This document shows positions 28,619 to 38,057 of a stretch of DNA of 64,000 nucleotides, in pieces. Made by a program: the position numbers and the translations under genes. The number at the start of each line of letters is the position of its first letter. Positions within the stretch are counted from its first letter, which is position 1. The stretch lies in the NCBI RefSeq assembly GCF_055900595.2, contig NZ_CM148325.1; one strand, given 5' to 3'. The notes under the pieces are model-generated. The model made no database searches. It saw nothing but the letters and a program-made list of their open reading frames with translations, and was not told the origin of the DNA.

Positions 28619-31099
28619 ATGTTGAGAATGACCCCACTTGCATCAGCAATCGTAGCGTTATTGCTCGGCATTGAAGCTTATGCAGCTGAAGAAACCTTTG
28701 ATACCCATTTTATGATAGGTGGAATGAAAGACCAGCAGGTTGCAAATATTCGTCTTGATGATAATCAACCCTTGCCGGGGCAGTATGACATCGATATTTA
28801 TGTCAATAAGCAATGGCGCGGGAAATATGAGATTATTGTTAAAGACAACCCGCAAGAAACATGTTTATCAAGGGAAATTATCAAGCGGTTAGGCATTAAT
28901 ACCGATAACTTTGCCAGCGGTAAGCAATGTTTAACATTTGAGCAACTTGTTCACGGTGGGAGCTATACCTGGGATATCGGAGTTTTTCGTCTCGATTTCA
29001 GTGTACCGCAGGCGTGGGTGGAAGAACTGGAAAGTGGCTATGTTCCACCGGAAAACTGGGAGCGGGGTATTAATGCGTTTTATACCTCTTATTATGTGAG
29101 TCAGTATTACAGCGACTATAAAGCGTCGGGTAATAGCAAGAGTACATATGTACGTTTTAACAGCGGGTTAAACTTACTGGGGTGGCAACTGCATTCTGAT
29201 GCCAGTTTAAGTAAAACAAATAGCAATCCAGGGGTGTGGAAAAGCAATACCCTGTATCTGGAACGTGGATTTGCCCAACTTCTCGGCACGCTTCGCGTGG
29301 GTGATATGTACACATCAAGCGATATTTTTGATTCTGTTCGCTTCAGCGGTGTGCGGTTGTTTCGTGATATGCAGATGTTGCCTAACTCGAAACAAAATTT
29401 TACTCCACGGGTGCAGGGGATTGCTCAGAGTAACGCGCTGGTAACTATTGAACAGAACGGTTTTGTGGTTTATCAGAAAGAGGTTCCTCCTGGCCCGTTT
29501 GCGATTACAGATTTGCAGTTGGCCGGTGGTGGAGCAGATCTTGATGTCAGCGTGAAAGAGGCGGACGGTTCGGTAACCACCTATCTGGTGCCTTATGCAG
29601 CAGTGCCGAATATGCTGCAACCCGGCGTGTCGAAATATGATTTTGCGGCAGGTCGTAGCCATATTGAAGGGGCGAGCAAACAAAGTGATTTTGTTCAGGC
29701 GGGTTATCAGTATGGTTTTAATAACTTATTGACGCTGTATGGCGGATCGATGGTCGCGAATAATTATTACGCGTTCACTTTGGGGACTGGCTGGAATACA
29801 CGCATTGGTGCCATTTCCGTCGATGCCACGAAGTCGCATAGTAAACAAGACAACGGCGATGTGTTTGACGGGCAAAGTTATCAAATTGCCTACAACAAAT
29901 TTGTGAGCCAAACGTCGACGCGTTTTGGTCTGGCGGCCTGGCGTTATTCGTCGCGTGATTACCGGACATTTAACGATCACGTTTGGGCAAACAATAAAGA
30001 TAATTATCGCCGTGATGAAAACGATATCTATGACATTGCCGATTATTACCAGAACGATTTTGGCCGTAAAAATAGCTTTTCTGCCAATATGAGCCAGTCA
30101 TTGCCAGAAGGCTGGGGTTCTGTGTCCTTAAGTACGTTATGGCGAGATTACTGGGGGCGTAGCGGCAGCAGTAAGGATTATCAGTTGAGTTATTCCAACA
30201 ACCTGCGACGGATAAGCTATACCCTCGCGGCAAGCCAGGCTTATGACGAGAATCATCATGAAGAGAAACGTTTTAATATTTTTATAGCGATTCCCTTTGA
30301 TTGGGGTGATGACGTTACGACGCCTCGTCGGCAAATATATATATCTAACTCAACGACGTTTGATGATCAGGGGTTTGCCTCAAATAATACGGGATTATCG
30401 GGAACCGTTGGAAGCCGGGATCAATTTAACTATGGGGTCAACTTAAGTCATCAGCATCAGGGAAATGAAACGACAGCTGGCGCGAATTTGACCTGGAACG
30501 CGCCGGTTGCGACAGTGAATGGCAGTTATAGTCAGTCGAGTGCTTATCGACAAGCTGGAGCCAGTATTTCAGGGGGCATTGTCGCCTGGTCGGGTGGCGT
30601 TAATCTGGCGAACCGTCTTTCCGAAACGTTTGCTGTGATGAATGCGCCAGGAATTAAAGATGCTTATGTCAATGGGCAAAAATATCGCACAACAAACCGT
30701 AATGGAGTGGTGGTATACGACGGAATGACACCTTATCGGGAAAATCACCTGATGCTGGATGTGTCGCAAAGCGATAGCGAAGCAGAATTACGTGGCAACC
30801 GGAACATTGCCGCCCCTTTTCGCGGCGCGGTTGTACTGGTTAATTTTGATACCGATCAGCGCAAGCCCTGGTTTATAAAAGCGTTAAGAACGGATGGGCA
30901 ACCATTAACGTTTGGTTATGAAGTCAATGATATCCATGGTCATAATATTGGCGTTGTCGGCCAGGGAAGCCAGTTATTTATTCGCACCAATGAAGTACCG
31001 CCATCGGTTAATGTAGCAATTGATAAGCAACAAGGGCTTTCATGCACAATCACCTTCGGTAAAGAGATTGATGAAAGTAGAAATTATATTTGCCAGTAA
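28619..31099 (+). CDS. yehB: Outer-membrane fimbrial usher YehB
   Basis: 826 aa from MLRMTPLASAIVALLLG...; usher family; start trimmed from 28604. Confidence 0.88.
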   Translation: MLRMTPLASAIVALLLGIEAYAAEETFDTHFMIGGMKDQQVANIRLDDNQPLPGQYDIDIYVNKQWRGKYEIIVKDNPQETCLSREIIKRLGINTDNFASGKQCLTFEQLVHGGSYTWDIGVFRLDFSVPQAWVEELESGYVPPENWERGINAFYTSYYVSQYYSDYKASGNSKSTYVRFNSGLNLLGWQLHSDASLSKTNSNPGVWKSNTLYLERGFAQLLGTLRVGDMYTSSDIFDSVRFSGVRLFRDMQMLPNSKQNFTPRVQGIAQSNALVTIEQNGFVVYQKEVPPGPFAITDLQLAGGGADLDVSVKEADGSVTTYLVPYAAVPNMLQPGVSKYDFAAGRSHIEGASKQSDFVQAGYQYGFNNLLTLYGGSMVANNYYAFTLGTGWNTRIGAISVDATKSHSKQDNGDVFDGQSYQIAYNKFVSQTSTRFGLAAWRYSSRDYRTFNDHVWANNKDNYRRDENDIYDIADYYQNDFGRKNSFSANMSQSLPEGWGSVSLSTLWRDYWGRSGSSKDYQLSYSNNLRRISYTLAASQAYDENHHEEKRFNIFIAIPFDWGDDVTTPRRQIYISNSTTFDDQGFASNNTGLSGTVGSRDQFNYGVNLSHQHQGNETTAGANLTWNAPVATVNGSYSQSSAYRQAGASISGGIVAWSGGVNLANRLSETFAVMNAPGIKDAYVNGQKYRTTNRNGVVVYDGMTPYRENHLMLDVSQSDSEAELRGNRNIAAPFRGAVVLVNFDTDQRKPWFIKALRTDGQPLTFGYEVNDIHGHNIGVVGQGSQLFIRTNEVPPSVNVAIDKQQGLSCTITFGKEIDESRNYICQ

Positions 31100-31114
31100 T
31101 AGTCAGGTGGTTCT

Positions 31115-32149
31115 ATGAAAATTCGCATAATGCTATTTATATTAACGATGATGGTTATGCCTGTGAGCTATGCAGCATGTTATAGTGAGTTATCTGTTCA
31201 GCACAATTTGATTGTTCAGGGGGATTTTGCACTTACTCAAACACAAATGGCAACATATGAGCATAATTTTAATGATTCGTCATGCGTGAGTACAAATACT
31301 ATCACCCCTATGAGCCCGTCGGATGTTATTGTTGGACTTTATAACGATACCATTAAATTAAATTTACATTTTGAATGGACCAATAAAAACAACATCACGT
31401 TGTCAAATAATCAGACCAGTTTCACCAATGGTTATTCGGTAACGGTGACACCTGCGGCCAGTAATGCAAAAGTGAATGTTTCTGCGGGGGGCGGCGGTTC
31501 AGTGATGATTAATGGTGTTGCGACATTATCCAGTGCTTCATCATCGACACGCGGGAGTGCTGCAGTACAATTTTTACTGTGTTTATTCGGTGGCAAGTCA
31601 TGGGATGCATGTGTAAATAGCTACAGAAATGCATTGGCACAAAATGCAGGTGTCTATTCCTTTAATCTGACATTGTCATACAACCCGATAACCACAACCT
31701 GCAAACCGGACGATTTATTAATTACTTTAGAGAGTATTCCCGTTTCACAATTACCTGCTACAGGTAACAAAGCAACAATAAATAGTAACAAAGGGGATAT
31801 TGTTCTGCGTTGTAAAAACTTATTAGGTCAACAAAATCAAACATCACGGAAAATGCAGGTGTATTTATCAAGTTCTGACTTGTTAACCAACAGCAACACA
31901 ATACTGAAAGGTGCGGAAGATAATGGTGTAGGATTTATTCTTGAAAGTAATGGTTCTCCAGTCACACTTTTAAATATCACTAACAGCAGTAAAGAATACA
32001 CAAATTTAAAAGAAATTGCGGCAAAGTCAATACTTACAGATACAACGGTTTCAATTCCGATAACTGCCAGTTACTACGTCTACGATACAAATAAAATTAA
32101 ATCTGGCGCACTGGAGGCAACCGCATTAATCAACGTGAAATACGACTAA
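31115..32149 (+). CDS. yehA: Fimbrial tip adhesin-like protein YehA
   Basis: 344 aa, signal peptide, two-domain adhesin-like fimbrial protein. Confidence 0.85.
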   Translation: MKIRIMLFILTMMVMPVSYAACYSELSVQHNLIVQGDFALTQTQMATYEHNFNDSSCVSTNTITPMSPSDVIVGLYNDTIKLNLHFEWTNKNNITLSNNQTSFTNGYSVTVTPAASNAKVNVSAGGGGSVMINGVATLSSASSSTRGSAAVQFLLCLFGGKSWDACVNSYRNALAQNAGVYSFNLTLSYNPITTTCKPDDLLITLESIPVSQLPATGNKATINSNKGDIVLRCKNLLGQQNQTSRKMQVYLSSSDLLTNSNTILKGAEDNGVGFILESNGSPVTLLNITNSSKEYTNLKEIAAKSILTDTTVSIPITASYYVYDTNKIKSGALEATALINVKYD

Positions 32150-32205
32150 TAACAAGCAAGACGAGCAAGTGGCTAATAATAAAAAATAACAAGGTGTCTG
32201 CATTT

Positions 32206-32232
32206 CCCCCTCATGATGAGGGGGCTTTTTTT
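32206..32232 (+). terminator. Rho-independent terminator of the yeh fimbrial operon
   Basis: Perfect stem ccccctca/tgaggggg with 3-nt loop followed by a run of 7 T; the T-run overlaps the rcnB stop codon on the other strand. Confidence 0.75.
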
Positions 32233-32569
32233 AGCGATGATAAAAAATCTCACCATCGTAGGCTTTAATGATTTTACCGTCGGTGTCGCTGATCAACACA
32301 TACGCGCCACCCATATAGGTCCAGTGCGTCCCGGCATCAGGCGCGGGCAGGTTACGTAACTGCCACTGCTTAATGTTGTACTCATCGGTGCGGTACATCT
32401 CTGGGACGGTATCGCCTGGTTTGAAATGCTTAAAGTCAGCAATGAAACTGCTTAACTCATACTTAGAAATTCCCGAGGTATTGGTCGAACCCGCGGTGGC
32501 TGGTGCGGCCCAGGCGGCACTGGTAACCAGCAAAAGCGCACCCAGCAACATCTTATTTTTAATGGTCAT
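32231..32569 (-). CDS. rcnB: Periplasmic nickel/cobalt homeostasis protein RcnB
   Basis: 112 aa from MTIKNKMLLGALLLVTSAAWA (signal peptide); ORF-track start 32749 is an N-terminal extension. Confidence 0.85.
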   Translation of the reverse strand: MTIKNKMLLGALLLVTSAAWAAPATAGSTNTSGISKYELSSFIADFKHFKPGDTVPEMYRTDEYNIKQWQLRNLPAPDAGTHWTYMGGAYVLISDTDGKIIKAYDGEIFYHR

Positions 32570-32773
32570 ATACTCTCCACTTTGGGGATCTGTAATATCA
32601 GTCGCATATCTTTCCTGCCATACAATATAACTGACAAGCGATATTTTGTTAGTGATCCCATGATTTCGTAAAAAGTGTAAATGAAAGGATGCCCTAAAAG
32701 CATCCTTAGCGAGCAGAGAGCCAGCGGAAATAGCTGATTTAAGAATCATCCTGGGCTGAAGATAACATGCAGC

Positions 32774-33595
32774 CTATCGCATAATGCCCATAAAGCCATG
32801 CACGCCCATATACACCCCAACTAAGCCAATCAACAGACTGGAAAAATAGGGGGCACGTTTAGCGAGAGTGTTAAATCCGCTCCAGCGTTTTGCGACCTGC
32901 TGAACGCTGATTGCTGCGCCAACGCCTACGGTGACTAGCGTTAACGCCAGGCCAATGCTGAAACTGACGACCAGTGTTGCGCCTAGTGTCAGGGCTTTCA
33001 ACTGAATACAAATCAACAGCACGGTAATTGCTGCCGGGCAGGGGATCAGTCCACCTGTTAACCCAAACAATAAAATTTGCCAGTTGGTCACTTCTCTGCC
33101 ATTGAAGCGTCGTTTGATGTCATTGGCATGGGCTCGTGCATGAGCATCCTGATACTCCCCATGTTCGTGATGGTGATGATGTCCATGGTCGTGGTGATCT
33201 TCGTGATCGTGATGATACTCATGATCATGCCCGTGCATATTCTCCAGCCAGTTACGTTCGCCGCGCCAGGTACGCCAGAACATCCAGAACGCGGTGCCAA
33301 TAATGATCACCGCGGAAATCAACTGGAGCCACGGTTCTGCAGATTGAGCAGTAAAACGTTTGCTGATCACCATCCCGCCAAAGGCAATCAACCAGACCAC
33401 CGCGGTATGCGAAATGGTTGCTGCCAGTCCGAGCATCACCGCCTGTTTAATGGTGCCTTTGATGGCGATGATAAACGCCGCCATCATCGTTTTTGAGTGC
33501 CCTGGTTCCAGGCCATGAAGCGCACCAAGTAAGATGGCGCTGGGAATGAAGAACCAGGCGTTTCCTTGCTGAAGAAGAGTGGTAAATTCAGTCAT
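32774..33595 (-). CDS. rcnA: Nickel/cobalt efflux protein RcnA
   Basis: 273 aa membrane protein with a long His-rich loop (HGHDHEYHHDHEDHHDHGHHHHHEHGEY). Confidence 0.92.
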   Translation of the reverse strand: MTEFTTLLQQGNAWFFIPSAILLGALHGLEPGHSKTMMAAFIIAIKGTIKQAVMLGLAATISHTAVVWLIAFGGMVISKRFTAQSAEPWLQLISAVIIIGTAFWMFWRTWRGERNWLENMHGHDHEYHHDHEDHHDHGHHHHHEHGEYQDAHARAHANDIKRRFNGREVTNWQILLFGLTGGLIPCPAAITVLLICIQLKALTLGATLVVSFSIGLALTLVTVGVGAAISVQQVAKRWSGFNTLAKRAPYFSSLLIGLVGVYMGVHGFMGIMR

Positions 33596-33632
33596 GATAA
33601 TAATTCTTAGTATTAATTCGACAATCTGATTC

Positions 33633-33667
33633 TACTCCCCCCCAGTACATGATACTACCCCCCAGTA
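33633..33667. promoter_or_regulatory. Two RcnR operator sites (TACT-G6-N-AGTA type) in the rcnR-rcnA divergent intergenic region
   Basis: tactcccccccagta and tactaccccccagta, 20 bp apart; matches the established RcnR recognition motif. Confidence 0.8.
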
Positions 33668-33715
33668 GATTAATAGTGCTATGATTTTTCATGTTCTTGT
33701 TAACCAGGTGTTGCC

Positions 33716-33988
33716 ATGTCTCATACAATCCGTGATAAACAGAAACTGAAAGCGCGTGCCAGTAAGATTCAGGGCCAGGTCGTGGCGCTCAAGAAAATGC
33801 TCGACGAGCCGCACGAATGCGCAGCTGTTCTACAACAGATTGCTGCTATCCGTGGCGCGGTAAACGGCCTGATGCGCGAAGTGATTAAGGGGCATCTGAC
33901 GGAACACATCGTTCACCAGGGGGATGAGCTAAAACGTGAAGAAGATCTGGATGTCGTTCTGAAGGTGCTGGATTCTTATATCAAATGA
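33716..33988 (+). CDS. rcnR: Ni/Co-responsive repressor RcnR (CsoR/RcnR family)
   Basis: 90 aa; conserved H-C-H-H metal-ligand pattern of the family. Confidence 0.92.
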
Positions 33989-34097
33989 AAGTGCCTAATA
34001 TGGCCGTAGTTGAGGCAATAAATAGAGGGACAAGTGACGTTAAGCTGAATTAGAGTAAATGGCGTGAGGACACACGCCATTCGAGGATATAGTTTGA

Positions 34098-34412
34098 TTA
34101 ATTTTCGAAAAATTGCTTCACAGCCCAGCCACCATGACCACCTGGAGTTATGAATGAAACAAAACCTTTGTCATCGACGCTCTGGATTTCTACTGTCATT
34201 GATTCATCTAACACGCGACATTTATTGGATGTAATGAGACTCAGCATAGCCTGTTGGTCATTGTCCTGAATGTAACTGATCATCTCGTAAAAGTCAGTTA
34301 ACTTTTTACAGTTAAATGTACCTTCTTTAAGTGTTGCGCTGTCTCCGTGACTTAGTGCGAATGCATTTGGCATCATTGCCACAAAGATGACGGTAACGAG
34401 TAGTTTTTTCAT
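34098..34412 (-). CDS. Small secreted protein, unknown function (signal peptide, 2 Cys)
   Basis: 104 aa, MKKLLVTVIFVAMMPNAFA signal peptide; low-GC context; function not recognisable by eye. Confidence 0.6.
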   Translation of the reverse strand: MKKLLVTVIFVAMMPNAFALSHGDSATLKEGTFNCKKLTDFYEMISYIQDNDQQAMLSLITSNKCRVLDESMTVEIQSVDDKGFVSFITPGGHGGWAVKQFFEN

Positions 34413-34421
34413 TGTAGCCTC

Positions 34422-34769
34422 TTATAATTCAGAACATTCACTGATGTTGTAAGTGCCTTTTCTACCATCATCGTTTACGAGATGTAGCACGAAGATGATG
34501 GGATTGGCATCAATGAAAGATACAGAGACGTTCCCGCTTTCGGTGCTATACATCTTTGCAATCTGTTTTTCACCAATATATGAAAGATCCCAACTCACTC
34601 CGTTCAAGCTAAAATGCATCTGTTTGCCGTCAATATCGATGGAGGATTGTGCCGTAACGGTTTTCCCATTGCTGCCAATTTGACCCTGCTGAAGAGCATC
34701 ACATTTATAGGAGCTTGCATAAGTAAATAGAGGTAGTAGCAGAAGTGCAGCAAAAATTTTACTCTTCAT
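34422..34769 (-). CDS. Small secreted protein, unknown function (signal peptide, 2 Cys)
   Basis: 115 aa, MKSKIFAALLLLPLFTYASS signal peptide; tandem with the 104-aa ORF 9 bp downstream. Confidence 0.6.
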   Translation of the reverse strand: MKSKIFAALLLLPLFTYASSYKCDALQQGQIGSNGKTVTAQSSIDIDGKQMHFSLNGVSWDLSYIGEKQIAKMYSTESGNVSVSFIDANPIIFVLHLVNDDGRKGTYNISECSEL

Positions 34770-35137
34770 ATTTTCCCTTTGCTTGGATTTGAGTTACCTA
34801 TTTTGGGGTAGTCATTATAAAACTATTAATTAGTAAAATGAACAAGTTTTCATTTGTTTAGTAATGGTATTGTTTAGGTTTGAAATTATTACGTACTTTC
34901 ATAGCAATAGGTTGGATAAACAGCAGTTCAGGGAACAAGTTGCACTATCTACATACTTTCCCGCTTTCCATTGTATGTTAGGTAATAGATAGCCTTTGCC
35001 CGTAAGACTAAAAATATTAGAAATGACTCATTCGAATACCTTCTATTCACCTTAATATAGGTTTGATTATTGTAATCGTTTAATGTGTCTTATGGATTTT
35101 TTCCTACTTTTCATTTGCATAATATAGGGGGCACAGC

Positions 35138-35257
35138 ATGCTCTTGAAATTAATTATTAAGATATTTAAATTTTACAGCACACAACTACTTTTCGTTGTC
35201 TTATGTGTTGAACGTACTTCGAGTATAGGTAGGGTTGTATATATATTGCGTGGGTAG
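35138..35257 (+). CDS. Candidate small hydrophobic peptide (39 aa)
   Basis: ORF MLLKLIIKIFKFYSTQLLFVVLCVERTSSIGRVVYILRG preceded by TAGGGGG about 7 nt upstream; lies in the AT-rich islet; below the ORF-track cutoff; could be spurious. Confidence 0.25.
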   Translation: MLLKLIIKIFKFYSTQLLFVVLCVERTSSIGRVVYILRG

Positions 35258-35822
35258 AGTTAGAATAGAGGAGGCATCATTTATAGAATATTCAAGAACG
35301 TTAACCTGTGATCAATAAATAAAAATATCAAATGGTGTTCAAACATATTTTTCTATGAAAAATCCAGCCATCTATGATGAATTTTTAGATCCATTTTAAT
35401 TAAAGTATGATTATGAACCAATATTTAGCCAAGAATGGTGGTATAGCGCGTATCCAATGACACCGGAAAACGCATCTATGAAGTCCTTGTTTATCTCTAT
35501 AAGAGGAAATCAACACTAATAAAATATAGTGATGTAACACATCGAGCAGGTTGCTCTGATGCTGGTCTTCAACTGTGGCTTAAACAGCTATCAAACTTCG
35601 GTGTTATTGAGATGAAAGAATTATCTTTCTCAACTTTCAATCTCAAAAAGCTAGAGGAAATAGACCTTAATTATTCCACTCTCTAAACTTATCTCTTTAT
35701 TTAAAGTAAAAATGAAAATATTATGGTATCAGCTACGTGGTGGTAACTGGTGTTTATGATCATAGGTACACATATACAGGGAACCCTGGAAAACAAAAGT
35801 AATATATTGATGATTTCGTTTG

Positions 35823-36062
35823 TTATAACTTCGTGGTATCAAGTCCGGCGGCTTTGAGTCGCTCGGTAAGATTTCTCATTTTGCTGAACTCTGTACCAAA
35901 GCTGGCTTTAAGTCCTACACCTTCGCAAAACTCTTTTGCCGTGACGTTTTTAAGATGGTCAGCGTATTTGATCATCTGGAGGTGCATTTCCATCGTTTGG
36001 CTATTTCGTGGTGCGCTGCTAATGGCTTGCTTAATGTTCTCGTAGATCTGGGTTTCTGTCAT
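35823..36062 (-). CDS. Small putative DNA-binding protein (79 aa), unknown family
   Basis: ORF with a GGTGAGA RBS; central helix-turn-helix-like segment (VTAKEFCEGVGLKASFGTEFSKMRNL); AT-rich upstream region with 12-bp direct repeats. Confidence 0.55.
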   Translation of the reverse strand: MTETQIYENIKQAISSAPRNSQTMEMHLQMIKYADHLKNVTAKEFCEGVGLKASFGTEFSKMRNLTERLKAAGLDTTKL

Positions 36063-36269
36063 TTTTTATCTCACCTATCAAATTTAGATAAATAATATAA
36101 ATTAGATAAATAAGATAATCAATAGTTTTTACCATATGAATAATGGATGTGGATTGTTTCTTTTTCATTTCTGATATGGAGTACAAAATGGGGTCACAAT
36201 GAAGAAGCGATGAATGGAGGCGAGCTTGCATCTGCAAGCCTCTTCCCCTAATCTGGCACAAAATATAGA

Positions 36270-36407
36270 GATTCAACCAAACGACTCGGGGTGCCCTTCT
36301 GCGTGAAGGCTGAGAAATACCCGTATCACCTGATCTGGATAATGCCAGCGTAGGGAAGTCACGGACCACCAGGTCATTGCTTCTTCACGTTATGGCAGGA
36401 GCAAACT
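36270..36407 (+). promoter_or_regulatory. TPP (thi-box) riboswitch in the thiM leader
   Basis: Sequence AACCAAACGACTCGGGGTGCCCTTCTGCGTGAAGGCTGAGAAATACCCGTATCACCTGATCTGGATAATGCCAGCGTAGGGAAGTC... matches the E. coli thiM aptamer and expression platform; the anti-SD region overlaps the thiM RBS. Confidence 0.9.
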
Positions 36408-37196
36408 ATGCAAGTCGACCTGCTGAGTTCCGCGCAATCTGCGCACGCGTTACACCTTTTTCACCAACATTCCCCTCTTGTGCATTGCATGACCAATGAT
36501 GTGGTGCAAACCTTTACTGCCAATACCTTGCTGGCGCTCGGTGCATCGCCAGCGATGGTTATCGAAACCGAAGAAGCCAGTCAGTTTGCGGCTATCGCCA
36601 GTGCCTTGCTAATTAACGTCGGCACGCTGACGCAGCCACGCGCACAGGCGATGCGTGCTGCCGTTGAACAGGCAACACACTCTCAAACCCCCTGGACGCT
36701 TGATCCGGTCGCGGTTGGCGCACTCGATTATCGTCGCCGTTTTTGTCATGAACTTTTATCTTTTAAACCGGCAGCGATACGTGGTAATGCTTCGGAAATC
36801 ATGGCATTAGCTGGCGTTGCTAATGGTGGACGGGGAGTGGACACCACTGACGCCGCAGCTAATGCGATACCCGCTGCACAAACACTGGCACGGGAAACTG
36901 GCGCAATCGTCGTGGTCACAGGCGAGGTGGATTATGTTACCGATGGTCGTCGCACCGTTGGCATTCACGGCGGCAATCCGTTAATGACCAAAGTGGTAGG
37001 AACTGGCTGTGCATTATCGGCAGTTGTCGCTGCCTGTTGTGCATTACCTGGCGATATGCTGGAAAATATCGCATCTGCCTGTCACTGGATGAAACAAGCC
37101 GGAGAACGCGCCGTCGCCAGAAGTGAAGGGCCTGGCAGTTTTGTTCCCCATTTTCTTGATGCGCTCTGGCAATTGACGCAGGAGGTGCAGGCGTGA
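36408..37196 (+). CDS. thiM: Hydroxyethylthiazole kinase
   Basis: 262 aa; 4-bp overlap with thiD. Confidence 0.92.
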   Translation: MQVDLLSSAQSAHALHLFHQHSPLVHCMTNDVVQTFTANTLLALGASPAMVIETEEASQFAAIASALLINVGTLTQPRAQAMRAAVEQATHSQTPWTLDPVAVGALDYRRRFCHELLSFKPAAIRGNASEIMALAGVANGGRGVDTTDAAANAIPAAQTLARETGAIVVVTGEVDYVTDGRRTVGIHGGNPLMTKVVGTGCALSAVVAACCALPGDMLENIASACHWMKQAGERAVARSEGPGSFVPHFLDALWQLTQEVQA

Positions 37197-37993
37197 AACG
37201 AATTAACGCTCTGACAATTGCAGGCACTGATCCCAGTGGTGGCGCAGGAATTCAGGCAGATCTCAAAACGTTCTCGGCACTTGGCGCTTATGGTTGCTCA
37301 GTGATTACTGCACTGGTGGCGCAAAATACCCGTGGCGTACAGTCGGTGTATCGCATTGAGCCTGATTTTGTCGCCGCCCAGCTCGATTCGGTGTTCAGCG
37401 ATGTGCGAATCGATACCACTAAAATCGGTATGTTGGCGGAAACTGATATTGTTGAAGCGGTGGCAGAACGGTTGCAACGTTATCAGATCCAAAACGTGGT
37501 GCTCGACACCGTTATGCTGGCAAAAAGCGGCGACCCGCTGCTTTCACCTTCGGCGGTTGCTACGCTGCGCAGTCGATTATTGCCACAGGTTTCATTAATA
37601 ACGCCAAACTTGCCCGAAGCAGCCGCCTTGCTCGACGCGCCACACGCGCGCAACGAACAGGAAATGCTGGAACAAGGGCGATCGCTGTTGGCGATGGGCT
37701 GTGGCGCAGTGCTAATGAAAGGTGGTCATCTGGATGATGAGCAAAGCCCGGACTGGCTGTTTACCCGCGAGGGTGAACAACGGTTTACCGCACCGCGCAT
37801 TATGACCCAAAACACCCACGGCACTGGTTGTACGCTCTCTGCGGCGTTGGCTGCACTGCGCCCGCGCCATACAAACTGGGCTGACACCGTACAGGAGGCA
37901 AAAAGCTGGCTTTCATCGGCATTAGCCCAGGCCGACACGCTGGAAGTTGGTCACGGTATTGGTCCGGTTCACCACTTCCACGCCTGGTGGTGA
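37193..37993 (+). CDS. thiD: Hydroxymethylpyrimidine/phosphomethylpyrimidine kinase
   Basis: 266 aa; GTG start; ribokinase-like fold. Confidence 0.92.
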   Translation: MKRINALTIAGTDPSGGAGIQADLKTFSALGAYGCSVITALVAQNTRGVQSVYRIEPDFVAAQLDSVFSDVRIDTTKIGMLAETDIVEAVAERLQRYQIQNVVLDTVMLAKSGDPLLSPSAVATLRSRLLPQVSLITPNLPEAAALLDAPHARNEQEMLEQGRSLLAMGCGAVLMKGGHLDDEQSPDWLFTREGEQRFTAPRIMTQNTHGTGCTLSAALAALRPRHTNWADTVQEAKSWLSSALAQADTLEVGHGIGPVHHFHAWW

Positions 37994-38057
37994 GCACCGT
38001 ACTATAGCTGCTTTGGTTATTGTCAGTCTTTGGCGCTGACATTCAGGGATGAAACCA

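Noticed and set aside
36031-36369. 112-aa minus-strand ORF across the thiM leader
   Set aside because: Runs antisense through the TPP riboswitch and AT-rich promoter DNA; an artefact of AT-rich sequence.
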